A stretch of 64,000 bases of DNA from Priapulus caudatus (lineage: Eukaryota): the NCBI RefSeq assembly GCF_000485595.1, contig NW_014577085.1, positions 433,963-497,962 on the forward strand, written 5' to 3'. Below are positions 18,260 to 29,911 of this stretch, piece by piece. Each line of letters begins with the position of its first letter. Position 1 is the stretch's first letter. A model generated the notes under the pieces. That model was not told the origin of the DNA, ran no database searches, and saw only the letters and a list, made by a program, of their open reading frames with translations. The position numbers and the translations under genes are program-made.

Positions 18260-19982
18260 CTCAGGCACTTGGAACGGCTCAATAAAAAAAATAGTGGTAA
18301 ATAAACACGAAATGTATTAACTACCAAAGTCTTAATGTTTCTCTACTCTATGTCGCCTATTATTCCCGGTCATATGCTCATCTGCAACACACAACTGTCA
18401 CCGCACGCCCGCCCTGTGCACAAAGTGACAAACAACAATGAATAAGAGAGCAGGTAGGAAACCTAGACCGAATAATTCTGTCCCATATAACCTTTTTTAT
18501 ATCTTGGTGAGGGTTATATTGGGACAGAACGGGGTTCATTGAAATTTCGTGAGATCGCATGCAAAATGCATGCGCTGAGAATGCGGCCCGTACGATGCTA
18601 TTGGCGCGAAAAAAAACCTACCGTTCCCTTCTACATGGCTTTACCTTGCTACTGATATGTGTATACATTCACTTCAATCGTTATTCACTTCTTAAAAGAT
18701 TGCTTTTCATAAGCACCGCTTCGTTCAACTTTCCTAAATTACATCGCCATTTACAAACAATCAGACCAATCACAGCGAGTCTATCAGGCCTCCTGCAGCG
18801 CCACAGATACAAGCGAGAACCAGGGGCTATTGTAAGACTCGCTCTGATTGGTCTGATTGTTTGTAAATGGCGATGTAATTTAGGAAAGTTGAACGAAGCG
18901 GTGTTTAGGAAAAACAATCTTTTAAGAAGTGAATATCGATTGAAGTGAATGTATACACATATCAGTAGCAAGGTAAAGCCATGTAGAAGGGAACGGTAGG
19001 TTTTTTTTCGCGCCAATAGCGGCGTACGGGCCGCATTCTCAGCGCATGCATTTTGCATGCGATCTCACGAAATTTCAATGAACCCCGTTCTCTCCCAATA
19101 TAACCCTCACCAAAATATAAAAAAAGGTTATATGGGACAGAATTATTCGGTCTAGTAGGAAACCGTGATCGCGAAATTCGCTCGACGCTCGCTTTATTTC
19201 ACACCTTCACAGCACGAATACACATCCAACAGCTTCTATCTTGGTATCTATGTGTAGCTAAATGTTTACTTGTTCGAATTATAACTCTGTCCTTTGTCCT
19301 TACCTACTCCCGCCAGAGATATCTCGTGAAATCCTGCAGGAAATGTTCTCTTCGTGAAAATGTAAAGAGGGCGAGCTGTCTGTTTATACACGAGTAATGG
19401 CGGCGCATTGCATGCCAGGATGAGCTGCTGCCTGGCTCCGAGCCTCCGTTTCGAGGCCTGCCAAGCCAAGCATAATGCGCGTGGGCATGACGCCACACAC
19501 ACACGACTACAGTGATCGATCGAAAGTAGCGCCGTTAGGGATTTTTGGACGATACGTCCTCTTTACATCCTCTTTACATTTTCACGGAGAGAACATTTCC
19601 TGCAGGATTTCACGAGATATCTCTGGAGGGAGTAGGTAAGGACAAAGGACAGAGTTATAATTCGAACAAGTAAACATTTAGCTACACATAGATACCAAGA
19701 TAAAGCTGTTGGATGTGTATTCGTGCTGTGAAGGTGTGAAATGAAGCGAGCATTGAGCGAATTTTGCGATCACGCTTTCCTACCTGCTCTCTTATTCATG
19801 TTGTTTGTGCACAGGGCGGGCGTGCGGTGTACTTGGGTGTTGCAGATGAGCATTTGACCGGCATTTACGGGTAATTATCAGCAATAATAGGCGACATGAT
19901 AGAGTAGAGAAATATTAAGACTGGTAGTAAATACATTTCGTGTTTATTGACTTTTTTTATAGAGACGTTTCAAGTGCTTGTG
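18260..19982. mobile_element. Foldback element related to 196-1345, carrying a nested insertion
   Basis: CTCAGGCACTTGGAACG...CGTTTCAAGTGCTTGTG termini; shares AATTCGCTCGACGCTCGC...CACAGCACGAATACACATCCAACAGCTTC with the first element; flanked by GC/GC. Confidence 0.85.
18463..19155. mobile_element. Nested palindromic element (~320-bp arms) with 8-10-bp TSD
   Basis: CTAGACCGAATAATTCTGTCCC...GGGACAGAATTATTCGGTCTAG; TAGGAAAC duplicated at 18455-18462 and 19156-19163; absent from the host element's other arm (~19770-19790). Confidence 0.9.
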
Positions 19983-21603
19983 GCCTAAGCAGCCAGTAGG
20001 CAGCCAGTAGTGCCAGTAGCACTGCCACTGGCAGTTCCAACAAATAAGTAAAAATATAAATAATGTATAATAAATCTTATTGCACCACTATTAAAGCTAG
20101 ATAGCTATGCACATCGCATCAGCTTTAGTGCGCTGCGAGCCCTCCGATTAGTCGGTGAACGACGCGCCACGTGCACATCTCCACGATGAGCTTTTCTCAG
20201 GCATCAGGCTTCAGATGCATTCGCTCTCGAAGTTTGTCGAGCCCTATGCGCATTGGGAAAGCTTGCGTCATAGGTCAACAGAAATAGCCAGGGCACAAAA
20301 TTCAGATTTTGTTTTATGGCTCACAAGCCTCACGCATTTGGCGTGAGACTCACGCAATTCAGCATAATCTCACGCTCTCACACACATTTCTGATAGTCCC
20401 CGAGAATCTCACGCAATTGCAAGAATCCAGTTTTTCTTCGTTGTGTGGAGTGGGTCTAGCCGAACTTTGCCAAAAAACGCAGGACACGAGGCACGGGAAT
20501 CTCGACATTTAATACTTGTGGCGCACCCAGCGACTGATTTTGATAATCTGACTGCTGCTGGGGGCATCAAATAGCACCCCATTTAAAAAAAAAAATCTTA
20601 CCTCCACTCACCCTCCCTTCGCGCCTGCAACGCAAAGGCTAAGGCCTTCAGCCTTAGATTTTCTGATTCAAAATAAATCTCACTCATTTTTAAAGCTACC
20701 CCTTGAGAGCCCTGTTTGTTTGTAAAATTGATGTAATGTTTCACGCTTGCATTTTGGATTTCAAATTTGTAAAATGTTGATAAAATATGGTGTGATATCC
20801 TTCCGTTCAGGTAAAACACTATTTGCTCATTTAATGCTATATAAATAAAAATTGTAGGTACTCACTAACAGGCTGAAACCACCGGCTCGGAGGGCTGGTG
20901 TTTTGGCAATGTTACCGGCCCTCCAAATAATTTGCCAGCATATGCCAGTGGGCCGGTGCTAATTTTGCGCCCTGAATAGAGAGCGGTTGGATAATTTGCC
21001 GTTCTTCACATCGATTTTTTGAAAAAGTGTATAGACGCTTCAGAGCCGATATTGTGGTAATGCGTAATTCTCGGGATTGAGAGAAAAGATTCGTGTTCAG
21101 GATAAAACCACATTGGAAGTACGTAGTCCCCAAGATCACATCATACAGTGTGTGAATCACCCAGGGCAACTCCATGCAAAAACGGTGTTGGCTTTGTAAA
21201 AGTATCATAGTAAAAGTAGCCACAGTTTTTAACCAACTACGGCTACGGCCAAATTCGACTGGAAGCTACAAAACTAAATTACTAGCTATGACTGAACCGG
21301 CGGACACAAACACATATCAGATGCACGTATATAAACACATCCTGTGTGCATGCTTACGAGCAATCAGTCGTATGCACGCTAACACAAAAATATTTTTATT
21401 CTGTAAAGTTGTTTAAAAAAATTCCATGCTGCATTGATAAATACAAAACTTAATATAAACTAACATTTTCATTGACTTTTCAGAAGCATCAATGTACGTA
21501 CATATACCAACCAAATAGGAGCGTGCCAAATAAAGAGCCAGCTGAAGTTATAGATGTATGTATGTATGCATCCCATTGTCCTGTTATTGATGTGATTATC
21601 AAA

Positions 21604-24600
21604 ATGGCGACGTTGCAATGCCATAAGGCTGAATGCCTAATCACGGGAAGGTCGTTCCTGTGTCCAACCCTCATCAGGATGTCCGCCAGGGCAATGTCTA
21701 AGACAGCAGATTCTAACACTTCAGCTAAGAGTAAAAGTCCACGTCTAAATCCTATCAAGATACAGATGCTCTCTGAAGGTCTGCATCGACAGGTGTTCGG
21801 CACATCGGACCAGAAGAGCGTTGAGGAGAGCATGGTGAGGAAAAGCATTGATCACCTCAAGTCACACGACCTCTGGGGCCGTGACACGACCATCCTACCA
21901 GAAGTCGACTTCAAGCTGCCGAAGCTGTGCGGCAAGGACATAGCCGAGCACGTCTCTAATGTGGCGCGCAGGCAGAGCGAACCATACCTGAGAGCGTGTG
22001 AGGATCTTGTCGCAGCCCCGCTCCCTCCTCCCCCCGCCGAGTGGGCGTTCCGCGCCGGCTGGACGGCCTACAAGCCGGACGGCAGCGCAACGGCCATCGA
22101 CTACCCGGAGGATGATGGCCTTGTGTTCGACATCGAGGTGTGCGGTGCCGGCAGCATCTTCCCGACGCTGGCGACGGCAGCCTCCCCAACCGGGTGGTAC
22201 TCGTGGTGCAGCGAGCGACTCACGGGGCAGAGCCTGCAGTGGGCTCAGCATCCCTCCATCTCCGACCTGATCGCGCTCGAGACGAGGCCCGGCAGGGTGA
22301 AGCCCGATGGCGACTGGAGGCAGCGGGTGGTCGTCGGGCACAACGTGAGCTACGACCGCGCGCGAGTCAAGGAGCAGTATCTGATCGGCAGCACGAAGAT
22401 GCGCTTTGTCGACACTATGTCGTTTCACATCGCCTGCTCGGGTCTCACAAGCTTCCAGCGCACAATGTTGATGTCACTGCGAACGGGCAACCAGCCGAAG
22501 GAGGTGCGCGAGCGCAAGTTGAAGATGAGAGGACCTCCGAATTTGAACTGGATGAAAGTGGGTTCGATGAATGGCCTCGCAGACGTTTATCGACTATACT
22601 GCGGCAAGGAGCCACACAGTAAGGAGACGCGCAACGTGTTTGTCAAGGGAACGCTGGACGACGTGCGCGCTGACTTTCAGAACCTGATGACGTACTGCTC
22701 GAACGACGTGCTGATCACGCACGAGCTGCTGCAGCGGCTGCTGCCAATGTTCCTCGAGCGGTTTCCGCACCCGGTCACGTTCGCCGGCATGCTGGAGATG
22801 GGGCAGGCGTACCTGCCCGTCAACAAGAACTGGGAGCGCTACGTCGCTGATTCCGATGCGACGTACCATGACCTGCAGAAGGAGCAGAAGCTGTCGCTGA
22901 TGCATCTCGCCGACGATGCTTGCGAGCTTACGAACCACGAGCGTTACAAGTCCGACCTCTGGCTGTGGGATCTAGACTGGACGGTTAAAGATCTCAGGTT
23001 GAATAAATCGCAGACGAAAACTTTAAAGAAGACGAAAAAGAGCCAATCAGTGCTTGATAAAGAAGAAACTGAAGCATCACAGGCGGAGTGTGAGAAAGAG
23101 ATGGAGAATGCTGGTTCCGCAACCAATCCTGAAGATATTGTCGATGACGATAAGGAGGAATGGGATGCATTGAGACAAAGAGTAGAACCAGTGATCAAAA
23201 CAGCATCTAGACTTCCTGTAGTAAAATCGCATCTAGCCGGTTACCCTGCCTGGTACAGAGACCTCTGTCCGAGGAATAACAAGAACGTGGGAGAAGATTG
23301 GATGCCCGGTCCATCTCTCATCAGTTCGCAGGTGCGCGTTGCCCCAAAGCTGTTGCGTCTAACGTGGGACAGCTACCCCGTCTACTACAGTGACGTCCAC
23401 GGCTGGGGCTATCTAGTTCCAGGACGCACCGACAATCTGCTGCACGCCAGCGACGAAGCCGTCCGGCTGGCCGAGAGTGCCATGGCGCAGCTATCGTCCA
23501 TCAATCCGCAGAAGCAGTTTGCAGTCGCCGACGACGGCAACGACGTCCTCAATAAGCTGCTGGAACAGATCGAGGCATTGAGCGACGACACGAGCGCACT
23601 CTCCAAGATGTGGCAGGCGTTCCGCAAGATGGAGAGGATCGCGAAAAAGCGACGGAAGCTGGAGGAGACGGGCGGGGCTCCGTCGTCGCACAAGGGCAAC
23701 GGGCCGTACAACGCTGACGTCGACGTACCCGGATTCTGGTTCTTCAAGCTCCCTCACAAGGACGGAGAATCGCTGCGCGTCGGCAATCCGCTAGCGAAGG
23801 ATTTTCTAAAGTGGATCGAGGACGGCAGCCTTCGGGCGCAGTCGGGCACGAAAGCCAACAAGGCGCTCTACCTGAGCAAGATGACTTCCTACTGGAAGAA
23901 CGCGCACAAGCGCATCACGACGCAGAACCCAGTCTGGCTGAAGAAGTCCGAGCTTCCTCGGGTCGTCACCCGGGCGCCGGCGTACGACGAGATGGGACTG
24001 TACGGCGCCATCGTGCCCAAGGTCGTCACCGCGGGAACGCTCACGCGGCGAGCCGTCGAGGCGACCTGGCTGACGGCGAGCAATGCGTATCCCGACAGAG
24101 TTGGCAGCGAGCTGAAATCGATGGTGCAAGCGCCCCCTGGCTACCACTTTGTCGGCGCCGACGTCGATTCGCAGGAGCTGTGGATCGCAGCGATCCTCGG
24201 TGACGCGAACTTCGCCGGCCTGCACGGCTGCACGGCGTTCGGCTGGATGACGCTGCAGGGCAGGAAGTCCGAGGGAACGGACCTGCACAGCAAGACGGCG
24301 GCGGCGGCTGGCGTCACGCGCGACCAGGCCAAGGTGCTCAACTACGGACGCATCTACGGCGCAGGCAGGCCGTTCGCGCAGCGCCTGCTCATGCAGTTCA
24401 ACCACAAGCTGACGGCGGCGGAGGCGCGCGAGACGGCCGAGCGCATGTACGCCGTCACGAAGGGCACGCGCGCCGCCGCACCGCACGGCCCCGCCCGCTG
24501 GCAGCACGGCAGCGAGTCGGAGATGTTCAACAAGCTGGAGGAGATCGCGCAGGGGGCGCTGCCGTGCACGCCCGTGCTCGGCGGCAGGATCAGCCGCGCG

Positions 24601-25056
24601 CTGGAGCCGCGCGCGGTGGAGCGGGACTTCATGACGAGCCGCGTGAACTGGGTCGTGCAGAGCTCGGCCGTCGACTACCTCCACCTGACGCTCGTCTGCG
24701 TGCGCCACCTGCTGGACGAGCACGGCATCGACGCGCGCTTCTGCATCAGCATCCACGACGAGGTGCGCTACCTGGTGAGCAGCGCGGACCGGTACCGCGC
24801 GGCGCTCGCGCTGCAGGTCGCCAACCTGCTGACCCGCGCCATGTTCGCGTGCAGCCTCGGCATGCACGACCTGCCGCAGTCCGTCGCCTTCTTCAGCAGC
24901 GTAGACGTCGACACGGTGCTGCGTAAGGAGGTCGGCATGGACTGCGTAACGCCGTCGAACCCGCACGGCCTGCACAAGGGCTACGGAGTGCCCCCTGGCG
25001 AGGCACTCGACATTTACGCGATCCTCGCCAAGACGCGCGGCGGGAAACTGAAGTGA
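21604..25056 (+). CDS. POLG: Mitochondrial DNA polymerase gamma catalytic subunit, coding region without introns
   Basis: Single ORF with ExoI FDIEV, ExoII VGHNVSYDRARV, ExoIII YCSNDV, PolA GADVDSQELW, PolB AKVLNYGRIYGAG and PolC SIHDEVRY, plus the N-terminal RLNPIKIQMLS motif. ATG at 21604 (AAAATGG context) is preferred over the track's TTG at 21472; the exact start is uncertain. Confidence 0.97.
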   Translation: MATLQCHKAECLITGRSFLCPTLIRMSARAMSKTADSNTSAKSKSPRLNPIKIQMLSEGLHRQVFGTSDQKSVEESMVRKSIDHLKSHDLWGRDTTILPEVDFKLPKLCGKDIAEHVSNVARRQSEPYLRACEDLVAAPLPPPPAEWAFRAGWTAYKPDGSATAIDYPEDDGLVFDIEVCGAGSIFPTLATAASPTGWYSWCSERLTGQSLQWAQHPSISDLIALETRPGRVKPDGDWRQRVVVGHNVSYDRARVKEQYLIGSTKMRFVDTMSFHIACSGLTSFQRTMLMSLRTGNQPKEVRERKLKMRGPPNLNWMKVGSMNGLADVYRLYCGKEPHSKETRNVFVKGTLDDVRADFQNLMTYCSNDVLITHELLQRLLPMFLERFPHPVTFAGMLEMGQAYLPVNKNWERYVADSDATYHDLQKEQKLSLMHLADDACELTNHERYKSDLWLWDLDWTVKDLRLNKSQTKTLKKTKKSQSVLDKEETEASQAECEKEMENAGSATNPEDIVDDDKEEWDALRQRVEPVIKTASRLPVVKSHLAGYPAWYRDLCPRNNKNVGEDWMPGPSLISSQVRVAPKLLRLTWDSYPVYYSDVHGWGYLVPGRTDNLLHASDEAVRLAESAMAQLSSINPQKQFAVADDGNDVLNKLLEQIEALSDDTSALSKMWQAFRKMERIAKKRRKLEETGGAPSSHKGNGPYNADVDVPGFWFFKLPHKDGESLRVGNPLAKDFLKWIEDGSLRAQSGTKANKALYLSKMTSYWKNAHKRITTQNPVWLKKSELPRVVTRAPAYDEMGLYGAIVPKVVTAGTLTRRAVEATWLTASNAYPDRVGSELKSMVQAPPGYHFVGADVDSQELWIAAILGDANFAGLHGCTAFGWMTLQGRKSEGTDLHSKTAAAAGVTRDQAKVLNYGRIYGAGRPFAQRLLMQFNHKLTAAEARETAERMYAVTKGTRAAAPHGPARWQHGSESEMFNKLEEIAQGALPCTPVLGGRISRALEPRAVERDFMTSRVNWVVQSSAVDYLHLTLVCVRHLLDEHGIDARFCISIHDEVRYLVSSADRYRAALALQVANLLTRAMFACSLGMHDLPQSVAFFSSVDVDTVLRKEVGMDCVTPSNPHGLHKGYGVPPGEALDIYAILAKTRGGKLK

Positions 25057-25424
25057 CGCTGGAAGATACGGACAATGAAAATGACATGCGACAGAATTGA
25101 TTTCCCGTCGACTTGGTTGGGAGAATGTGCGCTGGAAGATACAGACAATAAAAATGACATGCCTCAGATTTGATTTCACGTCGACTTGGTTAGGAGAATG
25201 TGCACTGGAAGATAGTGATGTACGGACAAATCAGATTTGATTTCACGTCGACTTGGTTAGGAGAATGTGCACTGGAAGATAGTGATGTACGGACAATAAA
25301 AATGACATGCCGCAGAATTGATTTCCCGTCGACTTGGTGGGGAGAATGTGCGCTGGAAGATACAGACAATAAAAATGGCATGCCTCAGATTTGATTTCAT
25401 GTCGACTTGGTTAGGAGAATGTGC
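25057..25424 (+). repeat. Minisatellite, ~73-bp unit x5, starting immediately after the POLG stop
   Basis: Units begin C(G/A)CTGGAAGATA at 25057, 25130, 25203, 25270 and 25351. Confidence 0.9.
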
Positions 25425-26218
25425 GGTATTAGGTATTGACATTATGGCACTTATGTGTGCATGCATTGTTATGTTTTGAATGTGGTGTTATGTATGTTAT
25501 AAAAACTGGGAACGTGTCAAGCAACGCTGCATGCTTCAAACTGGGAAAAGCCGTAAGATTGCAAATATTGGAGCCATGTGAGGAAAGGGCTGAGAGGTTG
25601 GCATCATCACTCACAGCTCACAGATGCTCGCAAAACTCATAAATAGGTGGGCAGCTATATATTGTGAGATGACATGTCATCAGTCATGTGGAAAGATCTA
25701 TCTGTACAGTGCTATTCTTTCTAAAGCTGCCAACCGTTACTATTCATTCTACATATTATTTCTGGACGTTATAAGTAAGGTGTAATCCTAACTGTATTAA
25801 GCTATAAGTTGCTTACATAAATACAATGAACGTGAACATAAATACGTAAAATGACAATACATTTCTGTGTGCCTGTGTCCCTGTACATTACATTCTGTTA
25901 TAATTTTGTTGCAGAAACACTAGAGTAACTAAGCAGAAGATTTATTCCAAAAAGGAGACAACATGGCTAAGCCAGGAAAAAAGTAAGTGCTTTTAAAATG
26001 GGCCAAGCCTTAAATCACACCGCATTTCGTATTATAATCTATCATTTCCGTTAGATGTTATGCAGTGATTGAACTTTACATGTGCTGATGTTGGTGGCAG
26101 GTTTGTGCTGGTTGTGCTGAGGAGCATGGCAGGAACAGGACACGTGTACACCTGGGTGAGACAGCGGTTAGATGAGAAGCTGATGCAGCTCATGTATGAC
26201 CCTCATGGTGAGTATAGT

Positions 26219-26398
26219 GCAGGGGGGGGGGGTCCAGGGGGTCCGGACCCCCCCCCCTGCTCGCGCAGAAAACGCATCTAAGGGGGTCTAATTTCAAAAA
26301 ATTTCTGGGGGAGGGCCCCCTGACCCCCCTTCGCGTGCTCACAAGTTGGGGTTATGGTTAGACCCCCCCCCCTGGTACAAATTCTGTACACGCCCCTG
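26219..26398. mobile_element. Degenerate G/C-run hAT-type MITE
   Basis: CAGGGG...GGGGTCCGGACCCCCC...ACACGCCCCTG structure; the left end is degraded. Confidence 0.55.
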
Positions 26399-28915
26399 TA
26401 GTGTGCATTAGCATGTCTTTTCACATTCTGCTTAGTAGAGCACAGATCTACCTAAACTTGTTGGCTATCAGAGTTGTATACTTTGGTATTATCAGGTCCA
26501 GCTGAAGTTGAAGATTAAGGAGTTTAAAAGTCATCAACTTCTTTTTGTACTTGTAGCTCATTGAGAAATGTTCTTGAGGTTTTTGTACCAAGCTTAGATG
26601 TTTTTAATTAGTGAGGCTAGTCGGCTTTACGGCAATTTTCTTACATACAATTGCATTAGCTTCAGATCTTCACAAATTTATGCTTGTGGGGGTTTTAACT
26701 ATTAATGTTTGTATTATATTTGCACACGTTTTTTTTACTTTCAGTGAGGCGGTGTGTTTTGTACAAAGAAGTAAGAAAGATTAAAAGCATGGACAATCGA
26801 ACCCACTGATATTCTTGTGTATGCTGCTTGCAGTAAAAATATAGTGTCCCTGTACATAGACATGGCTTACACCACCATGCCGTAAATGGAACATTGGCTA
26901 ACTCCAGCATACAATTAGAACATACCGTGTTCTATAAAATCTAATTAACACAACGGTTTGTTTTAAAGGTAATGTGAAAGCAAGTCAATCAAAAAAGAAT
27001 GTCAATTGTTTAGCATAATTGCACGTTACCCTATAGTTATCTGAATCTGGATACTATAGTTATTGTACGTCAAGACACTATTACTTGAAAAACAACATGT
27101 ACGAAGTTTTTGTACTGATGAAAGTTACACTAAAAGTGAGTGTATATGTACATGATATTGATGCCATGTTGTAAATTCTAACTAAACGGTATTAAAATAG
27201 TAATTGTATAGAATTGACATTTTAATCTTATTGTTGTCTGGAGTACAATACCTGTGCGTGTATATATGTCCATGGAATCACAGCAGATGTTCTTATCTTG
27301 ATACCTGTTTTAGGCTGTATATTACATCAGGACTTCTACCATAGAATGAACATTCAAACACAGTGAAAACTTCAACATGAGAAGCTGTATTGAGATTTTT
27401 TAATTCACATGTAATAAGAAAACATATACAATCGGCTCTGCATATGAGAGACCCAATAAACTATTTGAACAATTGTTCAATTTTTGCCATTGCTGCCAAC
27501 ATTCTCTAATTTTTAGGAAGCCATTCAGGGGTACTAGTATGAATATAGATAGACTGTGTAGCAGTTGACGCAAAGTACAAAAACTGATTGTCCCGCAATT
27601 TTGTAGTAAGTATTATAATTGTTTCTAATATAGAGGCTGATGTTTATTGAAAGGTTGAAACAATTATTTTACTCATGTCTAGTAAGGGTCTTTAGCTGTG
27701 ACAAATTCGGGTATCACATTTATTAAATTTACTACTAATGAAGCTGTACATAATACATATATATATATATTTATATATATATATAAAGAGACATATTTAC
27801 AAATACACTTATTGTGACAACTTGTCAGGTATGTTGTATTTTCACGACAGGAGTAAGACTTGGGGCTCACTGTGAAAATGCTATAAACAATGTTCCCGCC
27901 AATGATCAATTAACAACATGTAATATTACTACTGTGTACAATACTTCTGCAATTGCATCTAAAATAGTCAAATTAGATTACATAACATATGAACGGCTGA
28001 CAAAAGAAAGTTTATAAAAGCAAATATTTTATATTTAGAACTAACTTCTCCATAAGTGCAAGTTGGAATATGTAGTGCAAGTGCAAGTAGAATGGGTATG
28101 GAGTGTATATACCACGTGACATGGTCTGATTAGACTATAATTTAATTATCCCGGCTTTCAGACTAGTATCGAATAAAATATCAATAACCTAAATAGATGA
28201 AAATCTTATAATAGCAATAATTTTCCTCCGTAAATCGAAGTCGTTTATATTCTGTGATAGATAATGGTGTATTTGCCATTCAATCTACCCATTCACGCAT
28301 GTAATAGACTACTCAATAGTAGCTGTCTACCGAGGTATCATATCAAACTGCATTTAATTATCCATTACAATTTCTTGCATTGTAAATTATTGTTCATTAT
28401 AAAGAAAGTAAGCAGTGTGCGTACTGGGTGTTGTTGGTGACAAAACAGTATTTTGATTGTTAGCTACACGCATAATGACACTCAACACAATACATAGATG
28501 CTGCGGTGTCACCGACGCCCTATCATTCACCGATATGAAAATTCTATAGTATATTATATAGTTACACACCGTATCCATAAATAATCTGTCGTTTCTCGCG
28601 TATTATTGCTTTCCAGGTCGTGTCATCGTCTGTACAACTCGACATCAGTTTGAGTCTATCATCGGTCTTTCATCACCGGCAATCTCACCCGAGGTTTAGC
28701 TACGACATCAGATGGGTGGACGCGTAGTTATACCTGTGTACCCGATTCGCTCCATAACAGGAATGTAACACGACAGAGTTTTGTTGCGAAACTATCTATA
28801 GATGGGCTACACGGGTAGAGCTAGTCGGCATTCACACCGACGTTTACTTCTCGAGAAGAGCTGAGCCTGCGCGCGCGTGCCGACGTCGTAGCGTGTCTTG
28901 CGAAGGCGCGCAGCT

Positions 28916-29367
28916 CTAGCTCTGTGCCTTATTGAGCACGACGGTGCGCTCACGATCCATGTTGCCACTGAAGGAGAGCGCCGAGGCTTTGAGGATGGAG
29001 GTACCAGCTCCGCTCCTCTTCCTGCGCTTCTGCGAGAGCTGCAGCATCAGATCGTCGCCGAACACGTCGCCCGTTCGCAGTACGGAGATCAGGTTGTCGA
29101 ACTCCCCCTCCTCCGGTTGACCAGCGACAGTGCTGCCACCGCGGGAGCTCGAAGCTTCGGCACTCATTGACCGCTCTCGCTGCTTCTTTCTCGCTTCCTC
29201 CTTCTTTTTCCGTTGCTGGAGAAGGGTTATACAATGTATGAAGTAGTTTGTCGTTCGATTTCACATGGTATGGCTGTATGTGGATAAACGAAAGTACACA
29301 CGAGAGAGAGAGAGGGAGTGAGTGAGAGAGAGAGAGAGAATAAGATAGTGAACGAAGAAACGAAAGA

Positions 29368-29411
<44 letters not shown>

Positions 29412-29880
29412 AGAGAGTGAAAGAAGGAACGAACGAAAGAAGAGAGAGAGAGAGAGAATAAGAGAGTGAAAGAAGGAAAGACAGAAGCGAGAGAGAGCGA
29501 GACAGAAAGAAAGAAAGAGAGAAAGAAAGAAAGAAGAATCAGATAGCGGGAGGGGCAAGGGAGAAAGATGCTAGTTGTTTTGGAATTTACCTCCTGTTCC
29601 ATTACTGCTCTTCTCTCCTCCTCCATTCTCTTTCGCTTCGCGTTGCTGTTGTCCATCTTCGCCTCTCTGAGGCTTGTGAAGAATTGGTCGAGGATGCCAT
29701 AGAACTCGTCTGGCTGTATGATCTTAGAATCTTCACCAAACAATTTGCACGCTCGTTCAAACTGAAAAAAAGATTAATAGCTCGTGACAATCGCCTCGTT
29801 AGTAAGAGCATCGTAACCCAGGTTTTCCTCAGTACCGGTACGTTTCAAACCGTATATATGATAGTACAATAATTATATAA

Positions 29881-29911
<31 letters not shown>

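Noticed and set aside
22140..22622. Alternative-frame ORF resembling mammalian POLGARF
   Set aside because: The frame is closed by TGA at 22113, so it cannot start upstream of POLG; the length is explicable by GC content.
23806..25179. 457-aa antisense ORF over POLG
   Set aside because: In-register antisense shadow expected from very high GC3; no independent motif.
25057..25424. CRISPR-like array
   Set aside because: Whole units repeat with no unique spacers, and the context is eukaryotic.
28950..29558. 202-aa Ser/Leu-rich ORF
   Set aside because: Translation of an intronic (CT)n microsatellite.
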